A stretch of 63,654 nucleotides of DNA, the filler included, from Chiloscyllium plagiosum (taxonomy: Eukaryota): assembly GCF_004010195.1 (NCBI RefSeq). It is 5 parts of one record of this genome, joined end to end, with 100 filler letters (N's around TTAATTAATTAA, not from the genome) between each part and the next. Parts side by side here need not be neighbours in the genome. Positions count along the whole stretch, not along the records: positions 1 to 24,673 come from NC_057710.1; positions 24,774 to 35,471 come from NC_057710.1; 3 more parts are not named here. One strand, given 5' to 3'. The notes below the pieces were generated by a model. It searched no databases. It saw nothing but the letters and a program-made list of their open reading frames with translations, and had not been told where the DNA came from. Within the stretch, counting starts at the first letter, position 1; every line of letters begins with the position of its first letter. Position numbers and translations under genes: made by a program. Positions 12,321 to 25,004 of the stretch are shown piece after piece.

Positions 12321-15010
12321 TTAAATGAATCTACCGTGCCTGCCTCTACTATCTCTGCTGGCAACGCATTTCAGGCACCTGTGTGTAAAGTACTTGCCTC
12401 TAAAATCCCCCTTAAACATTTCACCTCTCACCTTGAGTGCATAACCTTTTGTTATTGAATCCCTCACCCTGAGAAAAAGCTTATCTCTATCTACCCTGTC
12501 TATACCCTTCATGATTTTGTAGACCTCAATCAAGTTCCCCCCTCAATCTCCTTTTTATCTAATGTAAACAATCCTAACCGATTCAACCTCTCTTAATCGC
12601 TGACACCTTCCATACCAGGCAACATCCTCGTAAACCTTCTCTGCACCCTCTCCAAAGCGTCCACATCCTTTTGGTAATGTGGCGCCCAAAACTGTACACA
12701 GTATTCTAAATGCGGCTGAACCAATGTCTTGTACAATTTTAACATGACCTGCCAGCTCTTATACTCAATACCCCGTCCAATAAAGGCAAGCATACTATAT
12801 GCCTTCTTGACCACTCTATCCACCTATCCACCTTCAGGGTACAATGGACCTGAACTCCCAGATCTCTCTGCTCATCAACTTTTCCCAAGGCTCTTCCATT
12901 CACAGTATAGTTCACTCAAGAATTAGACTTCCCAAGATGCATCACCTCACATTTGCCTGGATTGAACTCCATCTGCTACTTCTCCGCCCAACTCTCTAGT
13001 CTATCTATGTTCTCCTGTATTCTTTGCCAGTCACCAATCTTTGTGTCATCTGCAAACTTACTGATCAGACCGCCAATGCTCTCTTCCAGGTCATTTATGT
13101 ATATTACAAACAACAGTGACCCCAATACTGATCCCTGTGGAACACCACTGGTCACTTTCCTCCATTTCGTGAAACTCCCTTCAACTACTACTCTCTGTCT
13201 CCTGTTGCTCAACCAGTTCTTTATCCACCTAGCTAGAACACCCTGCACACCATGTGACATCACTTTCTCCATTCTACCATGGGGACCTTTATCAAATGCC
13301 TTACTAAAGTCCATGTATATGACATCTACAGGCCTTCCTTCATTCATCAACTTGGTCACTTCCTCAAAGGACTCTTTTAAGTTGGTAAGGCATGATGTCC
13401 TCCACACAAAATCATGTGGCCTATCACTGATAAGCCTATTCCTTTCCAAATATAAATAGATTTTATCCCTCAGCACCTTCTCCAGCAACTTTACCACCAC
13501 TGATGTCAGGCTCACTGGTCTGTAGTTACCCAGAATATCCCTAGTACTTTTCTTGAACAAGGGGACAACATTAGCAACTCTCCAGTCCTCTGGCACCTCA
13601 CCTGTGTTTAAGGATGCTACAAAGATATCTGTCAGGGCCCCAACTATTTCCTCTCTCACCTCCCTCAGCAACCTGGGATAGATTCCATCCAGTCCTGGGG
13701 ATTTGTCCACCTTAATATCCTTTAGCCTACCCAATACATCCTCCCTCCTTATGTCAACGTGATCCAGAGGAAACAAACCTCTATCTCTAATCTTAACATT
13801 CATCACGTCCCTCTCCTCAGTGAACACTGATGCAAAGTAATCATTGAGAATCTCACCCATTTTCTCAGGTTCGACACACAACCTTTCCTTCCTTATCCTA
13901 TAGTGGACCAACCTTTTCTCTCGTTATCCTCTTGCTTTTTATATATGAATAAAAGGCCTTGGGATTCTCCTTAATTCTGCTCACTAAAGTTATTTCATGA
14001 CCCCTTTTAGCCTGCTTGATTCCTCGTTTAAGATTGGTCCTACTCTGCCGATTTTCCTCCAGGGCCCGTTCTGTTCTTAGCTGCCTGGACCTTATGTATG
14101 CTTCCCTTTTCCTCTTAGCTAGTCGCACAATTTCTCCTGTCATCCAGGGTTCATGAATCCTGCCTTTCCTATCTATTGTTCTCAAAGGGACATGCCTATC
14201 CTGCACTACCTATCTGTGAAAGCCTCCCATATATCAAATGTGGACTTCTCTTGAAATAGCTGCTCTGAATCCATATTTCCCAGTTCCTGCCGAATTTTGA
14301 TGTAATTGGCCTTGGCCCGGTTTAGTACTCTTCCCTAAGGACCAGTGTCATCTTTGTCTATGAGTATTCTAAAACTTACGGAATTGTGGTCACTGTTCCC
14401 AAAGAAATCCCCCACCACAACTTCCATCACCTGGCCTGGCTCACTCTGTAATACCAGATCCAATATGGCCCCTTTCCTCGTCGGACTATTGGCTTATTGC
14501 TCCAGAAAACTTTCCTGGATGTTTCTTACAAATTCTGCCCCATCCAGACCTCTGACTCTAAGTGCATCCCAGTCAATGTTGGGAAAATTAAAATCTCCCA
14601 TCATCACCACCCTGTTGCCTCTACATCTGTTTACCTATTTGTTCTTCTACCTCACACTCACTTTTGGGAGGCCTGTAATACAGCCCCAACAATGTAACTG
14701 CACCCTTCTTATTTCTCAGCTCCACCCATAATGCCTCATTGCTCAAGCCCTCCATAGTGTCCTCCTTTAGCACAGTCGTGATATCATCCCTGACCAGCAA
14801 TGCAACTCCACCCCCCCCTTTTACTTCCCTCCCTGTCCTGTCTGAAGCATTTATATCCTGGAACATTTATTTGCCAAACATGCCCTTCCTTCAACCAAGT
14901 CTCTGTGATCACAATAACGTCATATTCCCAGGCACCAATCCAAGCCCTAAGTATGTCTGCCTTACCCACTATACTCCTTGCATTAAAGTAGATGCACTTC
15001 AGGCCACCAG
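12321..15010 (-). pseudogene. CR1 ORF2 (APE endonuclease + reverse transcriptase), frameshifted
   Basis: ITETWL, GLYYRPP, NYRPVSLTS, DFSKAFD, GVPQGSVLG, YINDL, FADD spread over several ORFs. Confidence 0.95.
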
Positions 15011-15145
15011 TTTCTTCGCGTTCATCTGCTCTCTGCCTACTCTTCCCCTTGGTAGTGCTAACTTCATGATCCTTACAGTCTCTAGTTTTTCCACCTCACT
15101 GTCCACTTGTCTTCTCTTCGGCATCCCAGCTCGGGCCAAATTAAC

Positions 15146-15999
15146 TTAAACTCTTCCCAACAGCAGTAGCAATATCTTCCCCAAGAACATTAGTTCCAGT
15201 GAGGTTTATAATAGTCCGGCATTCCCCAAACCGGTCCTAATGTCCCACAAGTCTGAACCCCTCTCTCCTACACCATCCCTCAAGCCATGTGCTCATCCTG
15301 CCAATTCTTTCATTTTTACCCTGGCTGGCATGTGGCACTAGTAGTAATCCCGCGATCACTACCTTTGACGTCCTCCTCTTTAACTTCTCTCCTAGCTCCC
15401 TGAATTCTGCTTTCAGGACCTCCCCTTTCAGAATGCTCTGCAGCCGATCGGTGACCTCCCTAACTCGAGCAGCTGGGAGGCAACATACCATCCGGGAGTC
15501 TCGTTTTTGGCCACAGAACTGCCCACCTACTCTTACAATAGAATCCTCTAAGACTATGGCCCTACGAGTCTTTTTCCCGCCCTTCTGAACAGCAGTGCCC
15601 GCCACAGGTCCGTGATCCTGGCAACTGCTGCCCTCTCCTGGTGAGCCATCTCCCCCAACAATATCCAAAACGGTATACCTGTTTGGGAGGGAGATGACCA
15701 CAGACACCTGCACTGCCTTCCTACTCTTTCTCTGCCTTTTGGTCACCCATTCACTGTCTCCCTCAGCAGTTCTAATTCTGCGGTGTGACCAATTCACTAA
15801 ACGTGCTATCCACGACCTCCTCAGCATCGCGGATGTTCTACAGTGAGTCCATCCACAGCTCCAGAGCCATCATGCGGTCAAACAAGAGCTGCAGCTGGAC
15901 ACACTTCCTGCAAGTGTAAGAGTCAGGAACACCAACCACATCCCTGAGCTCCCACATCAAGCAAGAGTCATATACCATGGGTCTGAGGTCCCTTGCCAT
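15146..15999 (-). pseudogene. CR1 ORF1 (Cys finger/leucine zipper + SGNH esterase-like), disrupted
   Basis: MARDLRP...CRKCVQLQLL at the start; DSIVR, MVCCLP.ARV, WCRREGF motifs; in-frame stop at about 15840. Confidence 0.85.
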
Positions 16000-16283
16000 T
16001 GTAAGCCTTAGCTTTAACTCAACTAACCAATACCAAACAATGCACTTAAATATATAAAAGAAAAGAAAAAGACCTTACCTTCCCGAGTCCTTTTCTTATG
16101 ATTGGTAACGGGAGGGAGATACCATACATGAAGTATTTTGGGTTTAGCCTCCCCAAATATATACTGTTCACTTACCTTCCCGACAACCTCCTGGTCCCAA
16201 CATCACCTCCGTTCTGTCTTTCCTGGACAGGAAAAAACTGATATATATCTTGTTTTGTTATGACTGTGCCACGTAAGGTGGTG

Positions 16284-16385
16284 AAACAAAAACAGAATTG
16301 CTGGAGAAACTCTGCAGGTCTGGCAGCATCTGTGGAGACAAAGCAGAATTAACACTTCAGATCCAGTGATCCTTCTTTATCTGAA
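16284..16385 (-). mobile_element. PLE-type tail, family C (decayed)
   Basis: Reverse complement of the element at 41895-42025. Confidence 0.65.
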
Positions 16386-17476
16386 GTATTAGCTGGTATT
16401 GGCCCATTTAATTCAGCTAGCCTTTCTTCAAAGTTACACTTGAAGAGAGACAGGCAGCTGTCTGGGATTTTATCTCCAACTTTCGTGGCACTTTCAAACC
16501 TAGCCATTGTCAATATCTTGCAGACTTTTCATAGATTCATACACTGCGCAAAGGCCCTTCAGCCCATCGAATTTGCACTGACATAACTACCACTAAAAGT
16601 GCGCTAATCCCAATTTCCTGCATTTTCCTGCATTTTCCTGAATGTTTTGATATCTCAAGTGTTCATCCAAATATTTTTAAGAGGTTGTAATGTTTCCTGC
16701 CTTCACTACCTTCCCAGACAGTGCATTCCAGATTCCCAACACCACTGAGAGAAAAAGTTTTTCCCAAAACTGAATCTTCTGACACTTACTCTAAAACTAT
16801 GCCCTCTCATGATTGACCCCTCAATCAAGGGCAACAGCTGTTCTCTACACACCCATTATGCACCTCAGTTACATCCCCTCTCAGTCTTTTCTGCACTAGA
16901 GAAAAGAATCCAAGTCTATCTAGTCTCTCCTCATAGCTCAAATTCTCCATCCGTGGCAACATGCTGGTGAAACTCCTCTGTACACTGTGTAGTGCTATCA
17001 CATCCTTCCTGTTGTGAGGTGACCAGAGCTGCACACAGTGCTCCAGCTATGATGTGAACAACAATCTGTACAATTCCAACATTACCTCCTTGTTCTTAAA
17101 CTCTGATGAAAGCCAGTATCCCATATGTCTTCTTAATTATCCTAGTCATGTGGTTTGCTGACTTCGGGGACCTGTCAATAATTACCCCAAGATCCCTCTG
17201 TTCCTCTGAGCTATCACATGCCCTGCCATTCATTAAATACTCCCTCATCTTGTTTCTTCTTCCAAACATTTCACGCTTATCAGGGTTAAGTACTGGTCTG
17301 CCATCTGACTAACCCATTTCTATCTTCCTGTAACCTACAAGCATCTTCTTTGCTATTAATCACACCACCAATCTTGGTGTCTTCTGCAAATTTGGTTAAT
17401 ATTCCCCTTGCATTTTCATTTATATCATTTATGTAAATAAAAAGCAATAATGGTCCCAGTACTGATCCTTGTGGCC

Positions 17477-17602
17477 GCTGAAAAAGGGCTCAAGCCCGAA
17501 ACGTCGATTCTCCTGCTCCTTGGATGCTGCCTGACCTGCTGCGCTTTTCCAGCAACACATTTTCAGCTCTGACCTCCAGCATCTGCAGTCCTCACTTTCT
17601 CC
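17477..17602 (+). mobile_element. PLE tail (family A) beginning at the hammerhead
   Basis: ctgaaaaagggctcaagcccgaaacgtc...ctcactttctcc. Confidence 0.85.
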
Positions 17603-18642
17603 CGGCCCTATTACTAAGTCAGTTTCTGAATCATCTCACCACTGCATGTGCTCTGACCTTTTCCCCGTGAGACCTTGTCAAAAGCTTTGCTAAAAACCAA
17701 ACAAAACTACAACAGCTGGATTTCAGTCATCCATACACTTGACCACATTTTCAGAAAATTCTGACAAATATGTTAAGCATGACATCCGTCTGACAAAGCC
17801 ATGCTGACTATCCCTAATTAACCCATGCTCTTCCACGTGGATATTAATTCACTCCATGGAATTTTGTCCAAAAGTTGCCCTACCACTGACTTGAGACTCA
17901 CTGATCTATAAATGTCCTGGCTCATCTCTACCACCCCTTTCAAAAATGTGGAACCACACTAGTCATCCTTCAGTCCTCGGGCACTCCCCCTGTGGTCAGA
18001 GAGGAAATAAAAAATTCTGTCAGGGCCCCTGCAATTTCCTGCCTCGTTTCCCACAGCTGCCTGCGATGGCCAAGCCAGGGGATTTATCTGTTTTTCAGCC
18101 CAACACAGCCTCCAATACTTCCCTATTTCCTATGCACATTCCTCACATCCCTTTTCTTGAATTCCATATTCACGTTCCTCTTTTCAGATTGAAGACCGCA
18201 GAGAAGTATTCATTCAAGATCCTTCCAATATTTTGTGGCTTTCACACAGTTTGCCCCCTTTATCCCTTGTGGCCCCTACTCTTTCTCTGGCTAACCTCCT
18301 CCCTTAAATATATTTTAAAAATACCTTAGGATTCTCCCTAATCATGTTTGCAAGTCCCTTTTCATGTCTGTTTTTGCTCTAATTGCTTTCTTAAGGTCCC
18401 TCCTGTACTTTATGTTTTCCTCTCGGACCACAGCTGAATTGTTTCCTTTAGACTTGCTAAAAGCCCTACTCTTCTTTCTTATTCAGTTCTGAATTGTTCT
18501 AGACATCCAGGGTTCCCTGAACATATTGCTGCTGCATTTCCCTGTAAAGGGTACATGTTGGACCTGTGCTCTCCCCAGCTCCTATTTGAATGCTCCCCAT
18601 TGTTCCATTGTAGGCTTACCCGCAAGGAGCTGTTCTCAGTCT

Positions 18643-18735
18643 TTAGATTAGAGTGGTGCTGGAAAAGCACAGCAGGCCAGGCAGCATCTAATCTAAACTC
18701 TGGTTTCCAGCATCTGCAGTCCTCACTTTTGCCTC
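18643..18735. mobile_element. Collapsed palindromic PLE mini-element
   Basis: 14-bp perfect TSD gctgttctcagtct at 18629-18642 and 18736-18749. Confidence 0.88.
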
Positions 18736-20097
18736 GCTGTTCTCAGTCTACTGTGGGCAGATCCTGCTTTATTTTAATAAAATCTGCCTTCCTCCAATCC
18801 AAAGCCATCTTTTGCAGGCATTCTTTTTCCTGGTCCAGAACTGATTTGAGCCATACTCAGTTGCTGTTGTTCTTTTGTCTAAATGTTCCCTCGCTGCCAC
18901 ACCAAACACTTGCCTGGCTTCTTTCTCCAGAAGCAGATCTGGCACTGTGCCATCCCTTGTTGGGCCTTCGACCTGGATACATTTCAAGAAATCTGCCCCT
19001 TCTAAATCTTTAACATCATGACAATCCCAATTTATGTTCGGAAAGTCGAAATCCCATAGTATAACTATCCAATTATCACTCTCACACACCTCTGTGTACA
19101 TATTTGATCCTCTATTTCCCACTGACTCTTTGGGGGCCTATAATACCCTCCCAGTAAAATAGCTGCCCTGTTAACATCCCTAAGTTCTACCCACAAAGTC
19201 TTGTCTGAAGACCCTTCCAAGATATCATCTCTCATTGCTGTAATTGGCTCCTTAATCAATGGTGCCACACCACCACCCTTTTTACACACTCTTCTGTCTC
19301 ACCTAAAAATCCTATACCCCAGAATGTTGAGTTGCCAGCCCAGCCCTTCCCTCAACCACGTTTCTGTGATGGCAACAATATCATACTTCCATGTGTCAAA
19401 CCACACCATTAACTCATCAGTCTTACTATTAACTCTGAGCATTAAAGTAAACACCTTTGCATTACTCTCTTGACACTCTACATAGCTAAACTCACAGTGA
19501 CTTGCTTCCTTTGCTGTAGCATGATGTGCCTCTGCTTCATCAATATTCTATGCCCTGTTCCCCTGTCAAAAGAATTCAAACTCCTCCCAACAATGCTAGC
19601 AAACCTACCTGCAAGGATATTGGTCCCAATGTGGCTCAGGTGTAGACCATCCTGTTTGTACATGTCCCACCTCCGTCAAAAGCAGTGCCAATAATTCAGG
19701 AATCTAAAACCCTCCCATTGCACCAGTACTTGAGCCACGTATTCATCTGTCCTGTTTTCCTATTTCCAAACTCCCTAATATGTGGCACTGAGAGTAATCC
19801 AGATATTATAACCATTGAGGTCCTGCTTTTTAATCTACTGCCTAGCTCCCTGAATTCTTAATGCTAGACCTCGTTTCTCCCTTTGCCCATATTGTTGGTA
19901 TCAACATGTAACACAACCTCAAACTCATCACCCTCCCCTTTCAAGATGCCTTGCAGTTGTTCAGTGACATCCCTGACCTTGGCACAAGGGAAGCAACACA
20001 CCACCCTGGAGTCACATCAGCAGCCGCAGAAATGCCTGTCTGCTCCCCTGGCTGAAAAAAGTCCCCAGATTGCTCTTCCTTCCTTCAGCCTTCCCCC

Positions 20098-20186
20098 ACT
20101 CCTCAGATGCTGCCTGACCTGCTGTGCTTTTCCAGCACCACAGTCTTGACTCCGATCTCCAGCATCTGCAGTCCTCACTTTCTCCC
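20098..20186 (+). mobile_element. PLE tail fragment (family A)
   Basis: gatgctgcctgacctgctgtgcttttccagc...ctcactttctcc. Confidence 0.85.
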
Positions 20187-20524
20187 ACAAGTAAATAAAG
20201 GGTGACTTGGTAATGGTGCACAGGCCTCTGTGCATTTATTTCAACACAGATTTTCACAACTATTTTCCATTCATTCATAGGAAATCAATTAAAGCACAGT
20301 TACATGATTCAAAGTGGTTAATGCAATACAAGAGTACAAAGAGGAATTAAAGGTTACTAGTAGGTGGTATAGTGGTAGTGTTATCTTTTTGGACTAACAA
20401 TCCAGCACCCAAGGCCAATATTTGGGCAATGCAGGTTTGAATCTTATTATGGCAGATTTGATTCAATTTAAAAAAAAACTGGAATAGAGAGTTGGACTAA
20501 CGATGACTGTTAATTGTTCATAAA

Positions 20525-20815
20525 AGCATAAGTTCTTGGAGCTGAAGTAGTCCATTCAGTTCATTACGTCTGCTCATTGTTGGCTGATCTAATAATACTC
20601 AACTCCACTTTCTTGTGTTTTACCTATAACCATTGTGTCCTTCACTGATTAAAAATCTATCTTGGCCTACTTAATGAACCAGCAGTAAAGAATTTCACAG
20701 ACTCCCTACCTCCCTTAACTCTACCTTAAGCAGCTAACCCTTTGCTGTGAGATTATGCCCTCTGATCCTAAACTGTCCCCCATGGGGAAATAACCTCTCC
20801 ACATCTACTCTGACT
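20525..20815 (-). mobile_element. CR1 3' end, preceded by a SINE head at about 20360-20520
   Basis: Similar to the reverse complement of the CR1 tail at 1730-2100. Confidence 0.65.
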
Positions 20816-21984
20816 CCTTGGGAAGTGAGCAGGGAAAAGCATTGACCCCATTTCCACAGCCGGTTGACCAGCCGCTTAAAGCGGGAAGTTAGTTTGCATT
20901 TCTTTTGTGACATCTTTCAACTTCAGAGTTGAGCAGTTGTACGACAGATATAGTTCCTGGTTTGAAGCATCTGAAATGGTGTGCCAGCTGGAAGATCTTG
21001 CCAGTCGCAAGGATTAATGCTTCTCTGACCAGGAAAATGCATCCAGCTAATTGGTTGCACAGTTAAGGGAGTGAAAAGCAGAAGACTGCAAATGGGAAAA
21101 TCCTTCCATTGTTGAATTGTCCTTTGGAAAAAAGGCTGGTGATACACTGCCCTGGGGATAAATGGACTTTGTATTTTGTGGGGATACCTCCCTTATGTTT
21201 TGTTATTGCAGGAGGGCACCAGGTACCTTTTAACTGTCAATTCCCACCAGTCCATTTCATAGTTAAAGAATAATTTCATAGCTTTTAACTCGATTTGCAA
21301 ATAAAGACAATTAGCCAAACAATTTCCAAAATTAGATACTATGATTGCATTTTAGCTTTAAAATAATTAATTCTTATTCAAATAAACTGAAGGGTAATAG
21401 ATTTGTGGAGTGGATCTGAGATTAGTTTATAATATTGAGGGTCATGGCGTTTGAAGATGATTTATCCCATGATTACCCTGCCACCTAGTGACTACTCACA
21501 GGGACTATTCACAGCATGAAACTGTTGAGATATCAACTGACAATTGCAAAGTTTTCAGACAGTGCTTTACCATCAACTTCTCAAATACAAATAGCGATGA
21601 GCAATAAGTACCTAGCCGGCAATGCTCACAGCTTGTGATTGAATAAATAATGAAAAAAGATTTTCTGCTGACTGTTACCTTGTCTCTATTTGTGAAATGA
21701 TGCTTTATCACAATGGGGATATAACTGGAACAGGGACAGATGTTACATGAACTTGATAAACTCACGCTTACCGTGACTGCTGAATGACCTATTTGGTGAC
21801 AGAAATGAGGAAAATCTCCCATGTTCCTTAACTTTACTACCTTATCTCTGTAATGTCGGCAAGTTCCCTCATTTGTTTTGTTAACTGCAATGAAGTTTTG
21901 TCTTAATCATTCACAGAATATGGGTGTCACTGGCTGGGCTGCCATTTATTGACCATCCTTAATTGCCCAGAGTGTAGTTAAGAA

Positions 21985-23660
21985 CATGGAACATAGAACG
22001 TACAGCAAAGTAACAAATCCTTTGGCCCATCATGTCAGCGCCAACCATGAGACCATTCTAAACTAATCCCATCTGTCTGCACATGGGCCATATCCCTCTG
22101 TTCCATGCCTATTCAGGTGTCTGTCTGAATGCCTCTTAAGCTTTGCGATTGTGTCTGCTTTTATCACCTCCTCTGCACGTTCCAGGCACCCTCTGTGTTT
22201 AAAAAAAAGACTTGCCCTGCACATTTTCCTTAAGCTTTTGCACTCTCACCTTAACCTATTCTCTATTGTATTTGACATTTCTACCCTGGGAAAAAGATTT
22301 GACTAACCCATCCTGTCCATGCCTCTCAGAATTTTAAGTATTTCCATAAGGTTGCCCCTCAGCCTCTGACGTTCTAGAGTTATTGAGCTCTACAGCACGG
22401 AAACACAGCCTTCCTTTCAGCTCATCCATGCTGACCAGACATCCCAATCTGACCTAGTCCCATTTGCCAACATTTGGCCTATATCCCTTTCAACCCTCCC
22501 TAATCATATACCCATCAAGTGCCTTTTAAATGTTGTAATTGTACTCACCTCCATCACTTCCTCTGGCAGCTTGTTCTGTACACCCCTCCGCCTGAAAAAA
22601 CTACCCTTCAGGTGCTTTCTAATTCTTTCCCCACTCAGCATAAACCTAGGTCCTCTCGTTCTGGACTCCCTTGCCCAAGGAAAGAGACCTTAAACAATCC
22701 AAGTTTGTCCATCCTCTCCTCATAGCTAACACACTCCAATCCAGGCAACATCCTGGTCAGCCTCTTTTGCACCCTCTTGAAAGCCTACACATGCTTCCTA
22801 TAGTGTGGTGACTAGACTGTGCACAGTACTCCATACGTAACCTAACTAAAGCTTAGGTTTAGACTTTAGACTTGCCCACTTCTATACTCCATCTGGTGAA
22901 GGCAAGCAAGCTGTATGCCTTCTTTACCACTGTATTCACTTGTGTTGCCACATTCAGGGAGCGATGGACTTGCACACCAAGATCTCTCTGGATATCAATA
23001 TTCCTAAGGGTCCACCCATTAACTTTGTTCTTGCATTTGACCTTCTAAACTGCATCACCTCACACTTGTTCAGATTAAAGTCCATCTGCCATGCCTCTGC
23101 CCAACTTTCTGGCTGATCTATATCCTATTGACATTCATAGAATCCCTACAGTGTGGAAACAGGCCCTTTGGCCCAACAAATCCACACCAACCCTCAGAAG
23201 AGTATCCCACCCAAACCCATTCCCCTCCCCTATTATCCTACATTTACCCCTGACTAATGCACCTATCTCACACATCCCTGATCACTGTGGGCAATTGAGC
23301 ATGGCCAATTCACCTAATCTGCACATCTTTGGATTGTGGGAGGAAACCCACGCAGACACGGGGAGAATGTGCAAACTCCACACAGACAGTCGCCCTGAGG
23401 CTGGAATCAAACCCGGATTCCTCGCACTGGGAGGCGCAGCGTTATCCACTGAGTCACCGTGCCTCCCAATCTTCCTGACTATCCACAAATCCACCAATTT
23501 TTGTCTCATCTGCAAACTTATTAATCAGACCACTGACATTTTTTATTTAAATAATTTATATATATTGCAAACAATTGGGGCCCCAGCACTGATCTTTGTA
23601 GAACTCCACTGTTCACAGTTCTCCAGTCAGTAAAATACTCCACCACAATTACACTCTGAC
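21985..23660 (-). mobile_element. CR1 3' portion with nested CR1 tail (about 22377-22690) and SINE
   Basis: RT C-terminal remnants; agaacat-type tail. Confidence 0.8.
23135..23467 (-). mobile_element. HE1/V-SINE-type SINE
   Basis: tRNA-like head (ggcacggtgactcagtgg...ggtttgattcc), V core, gggattctatga tail. Confidence 0.9.
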
Positions 23661-24119
23661 TTCAATCAAATGATATGTTCTCCTGGTTGCTTCTTGACCA
23701 GCCAGTCAATGACAGTTTGTTCTTGGACATGTCGAGACAGCTGCTTGATTCTGGACCCGCTGTTCTCTGGGTGATGATCAATTTCCTCCAATTCTCCTAA
23801 TCAAGTTGAGGTCAAGACAGGGGCACAAGCTCAGTGTTGAGACCTCTTCGGAGAGTTGGTGTGGACTTGTTGGGCCTGATGGCCTGCTACCACACTGTAG
23901 GGATTGTATGATTCCACAAACTAAATAATGTTCTGTCAATATTGTTCTTAGTTTTGTTACAGTAAAATTTGTAACTTTTGGAGTCTTGTCATTTGATCTG
24001 ATTGATTAGGTGTTTCTTCATTTACTCACAGGATGGCAGGGGGTGTGGGCACTGGCTGTGGAGACATTATAATCCATCCCCTTTTGAAAAGGTGCTGGGA
24101 AGCTGCCTGCATGAAACAT

Positions 24120-24524
24120 GTTAAAATTCACATAACACTAGGTTACAGGAGAAAGTGGGGACTGCAGATGCTGGAGATCAGAGTTGAAGAGTATGGTGCT
24201 GGAAAAGCACAGCGGGTCAAGCAGCATCCGAGGAGCAGGAGAATTGACGTACCGGGATTAAGCCTTTCATCAGGCTTATGCCCAAAACGTCGACTCTCCT
24301 GCTATTCGAATGCTGCCTGACTCACTGTGCCTGTCTAGCACCACACTTTTCAACAACAGGCTTATTTGGAAGTATACGCTTTCAGAGCGCTGCTCCTTCG
24401 TCAGGTAGCTAGTGGAGTAGGACAGAGTTTATTGCTACCTGATGAAGGAGCAGCGCTCCGAGAGCTTGTACATCCAAATAAACCTGTTGGACTATAACCT
24501 GGTATTGTGTGCATTTTAACTTTG
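24120..24524. mobile_element. Palindromic hammerhead element, family B, with a family A palindrome (about 24148-24354) in its left arm
   Basis: Termini gttaaaattcacataacac / gtattgtgtgcattttaac; cores at 24378-24404 (-) and 24439-24468 (+). Confidence 0.82.
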
Positions 24525-24673
24525 GTAAAAACAATGACTGCAGATGCTGGAAACCAGATTCTGGATCAGTGGTGCTGGAAGAGCACAGCAATTCAGGCAG
24601 CATCCGATGACAGGCAAAATCGACGTTTCGGGCAAAAGCCCTTCATCAGGAATAAAGGCAGAGAGCCTGAAGC

Positions 24674-24773
24674 NNNNNNNNNNNNNNNNNNNNNNNNNNN
24701 NNNNNNNNNNNNNNNNNTTAATTAATTAANNNNNNNNNNNNNNNNNNNNNNNNNNNNNNNNNNNNNNNNNNNN
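24674..24773. other. Assembly gap with TTAATTAATTAA spacer (also 35472-35571, 49007-49106, 59866-59965)
   Basis: Identical 44N + 12 nt + 44N layout four times. Confidence 0.97.
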
Positions 24774-24976
24774 ACGTTTCGGGCAAAAGCCCTTCATCAG
24801 GAATAAAGGCAGAGAGCCTGAAGCGTAGAGAGAGAAGCGAGAGGATGGTGGGGGTGGGGAGAAAGTAGCATAGAGTACCGAGTTTGTTTCACGACATGAT
24901 ACTCTATGCTACTTTCTCCCCACCCCCACCATCCTCTCGCTTCTCTCTCTACGCTTCAGGCTCTCTGCCTTTATTC

Positions 24977-25004
24977 CTGATGAAGGGCTTTTGCCCGAAA
25001 CGTC
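24977..25004 (+). ncRNA. Minimal hammerhead ribozyme motif, best-preserved copy
   Basis: CUGAUGA-A-GGGC(UUUU)GCCC-GAAACGUC; antisense copies at 24622-24649 and 24774-24800. Confidence 0.72.

Larger units (their letters stand above)
12158..16235 (-). mobile_element. Near full-length CR1 LINE (decayed)
   Basis: 5'UTR, ORF1, APE-RT ORF2 and 3' tail in order. Confidence 0.95.
16530..20095 (-). mobile_element. Old near full-length CR1 with three PLE inserts
   Basis: RT (QLWSPHNRKD, YEERL), endonuclease (GGYYRPP, DFDFPNINW) and ORF1 (YKQDGLHL..GTNILAGRF) remnants. Confidence 0.88.

Noticed and set aside
12976..13911. 311-aa RT ORF as a functional or domesticated gene
   Set aside because: One piece of a frameshifted CR1 ORF2 with deletions and damaged motifs
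24718..24729. Recurrent TTAATTAATTAA motif
   Set aside because: Synthetic spacer in the middle of fixed-size N gaps
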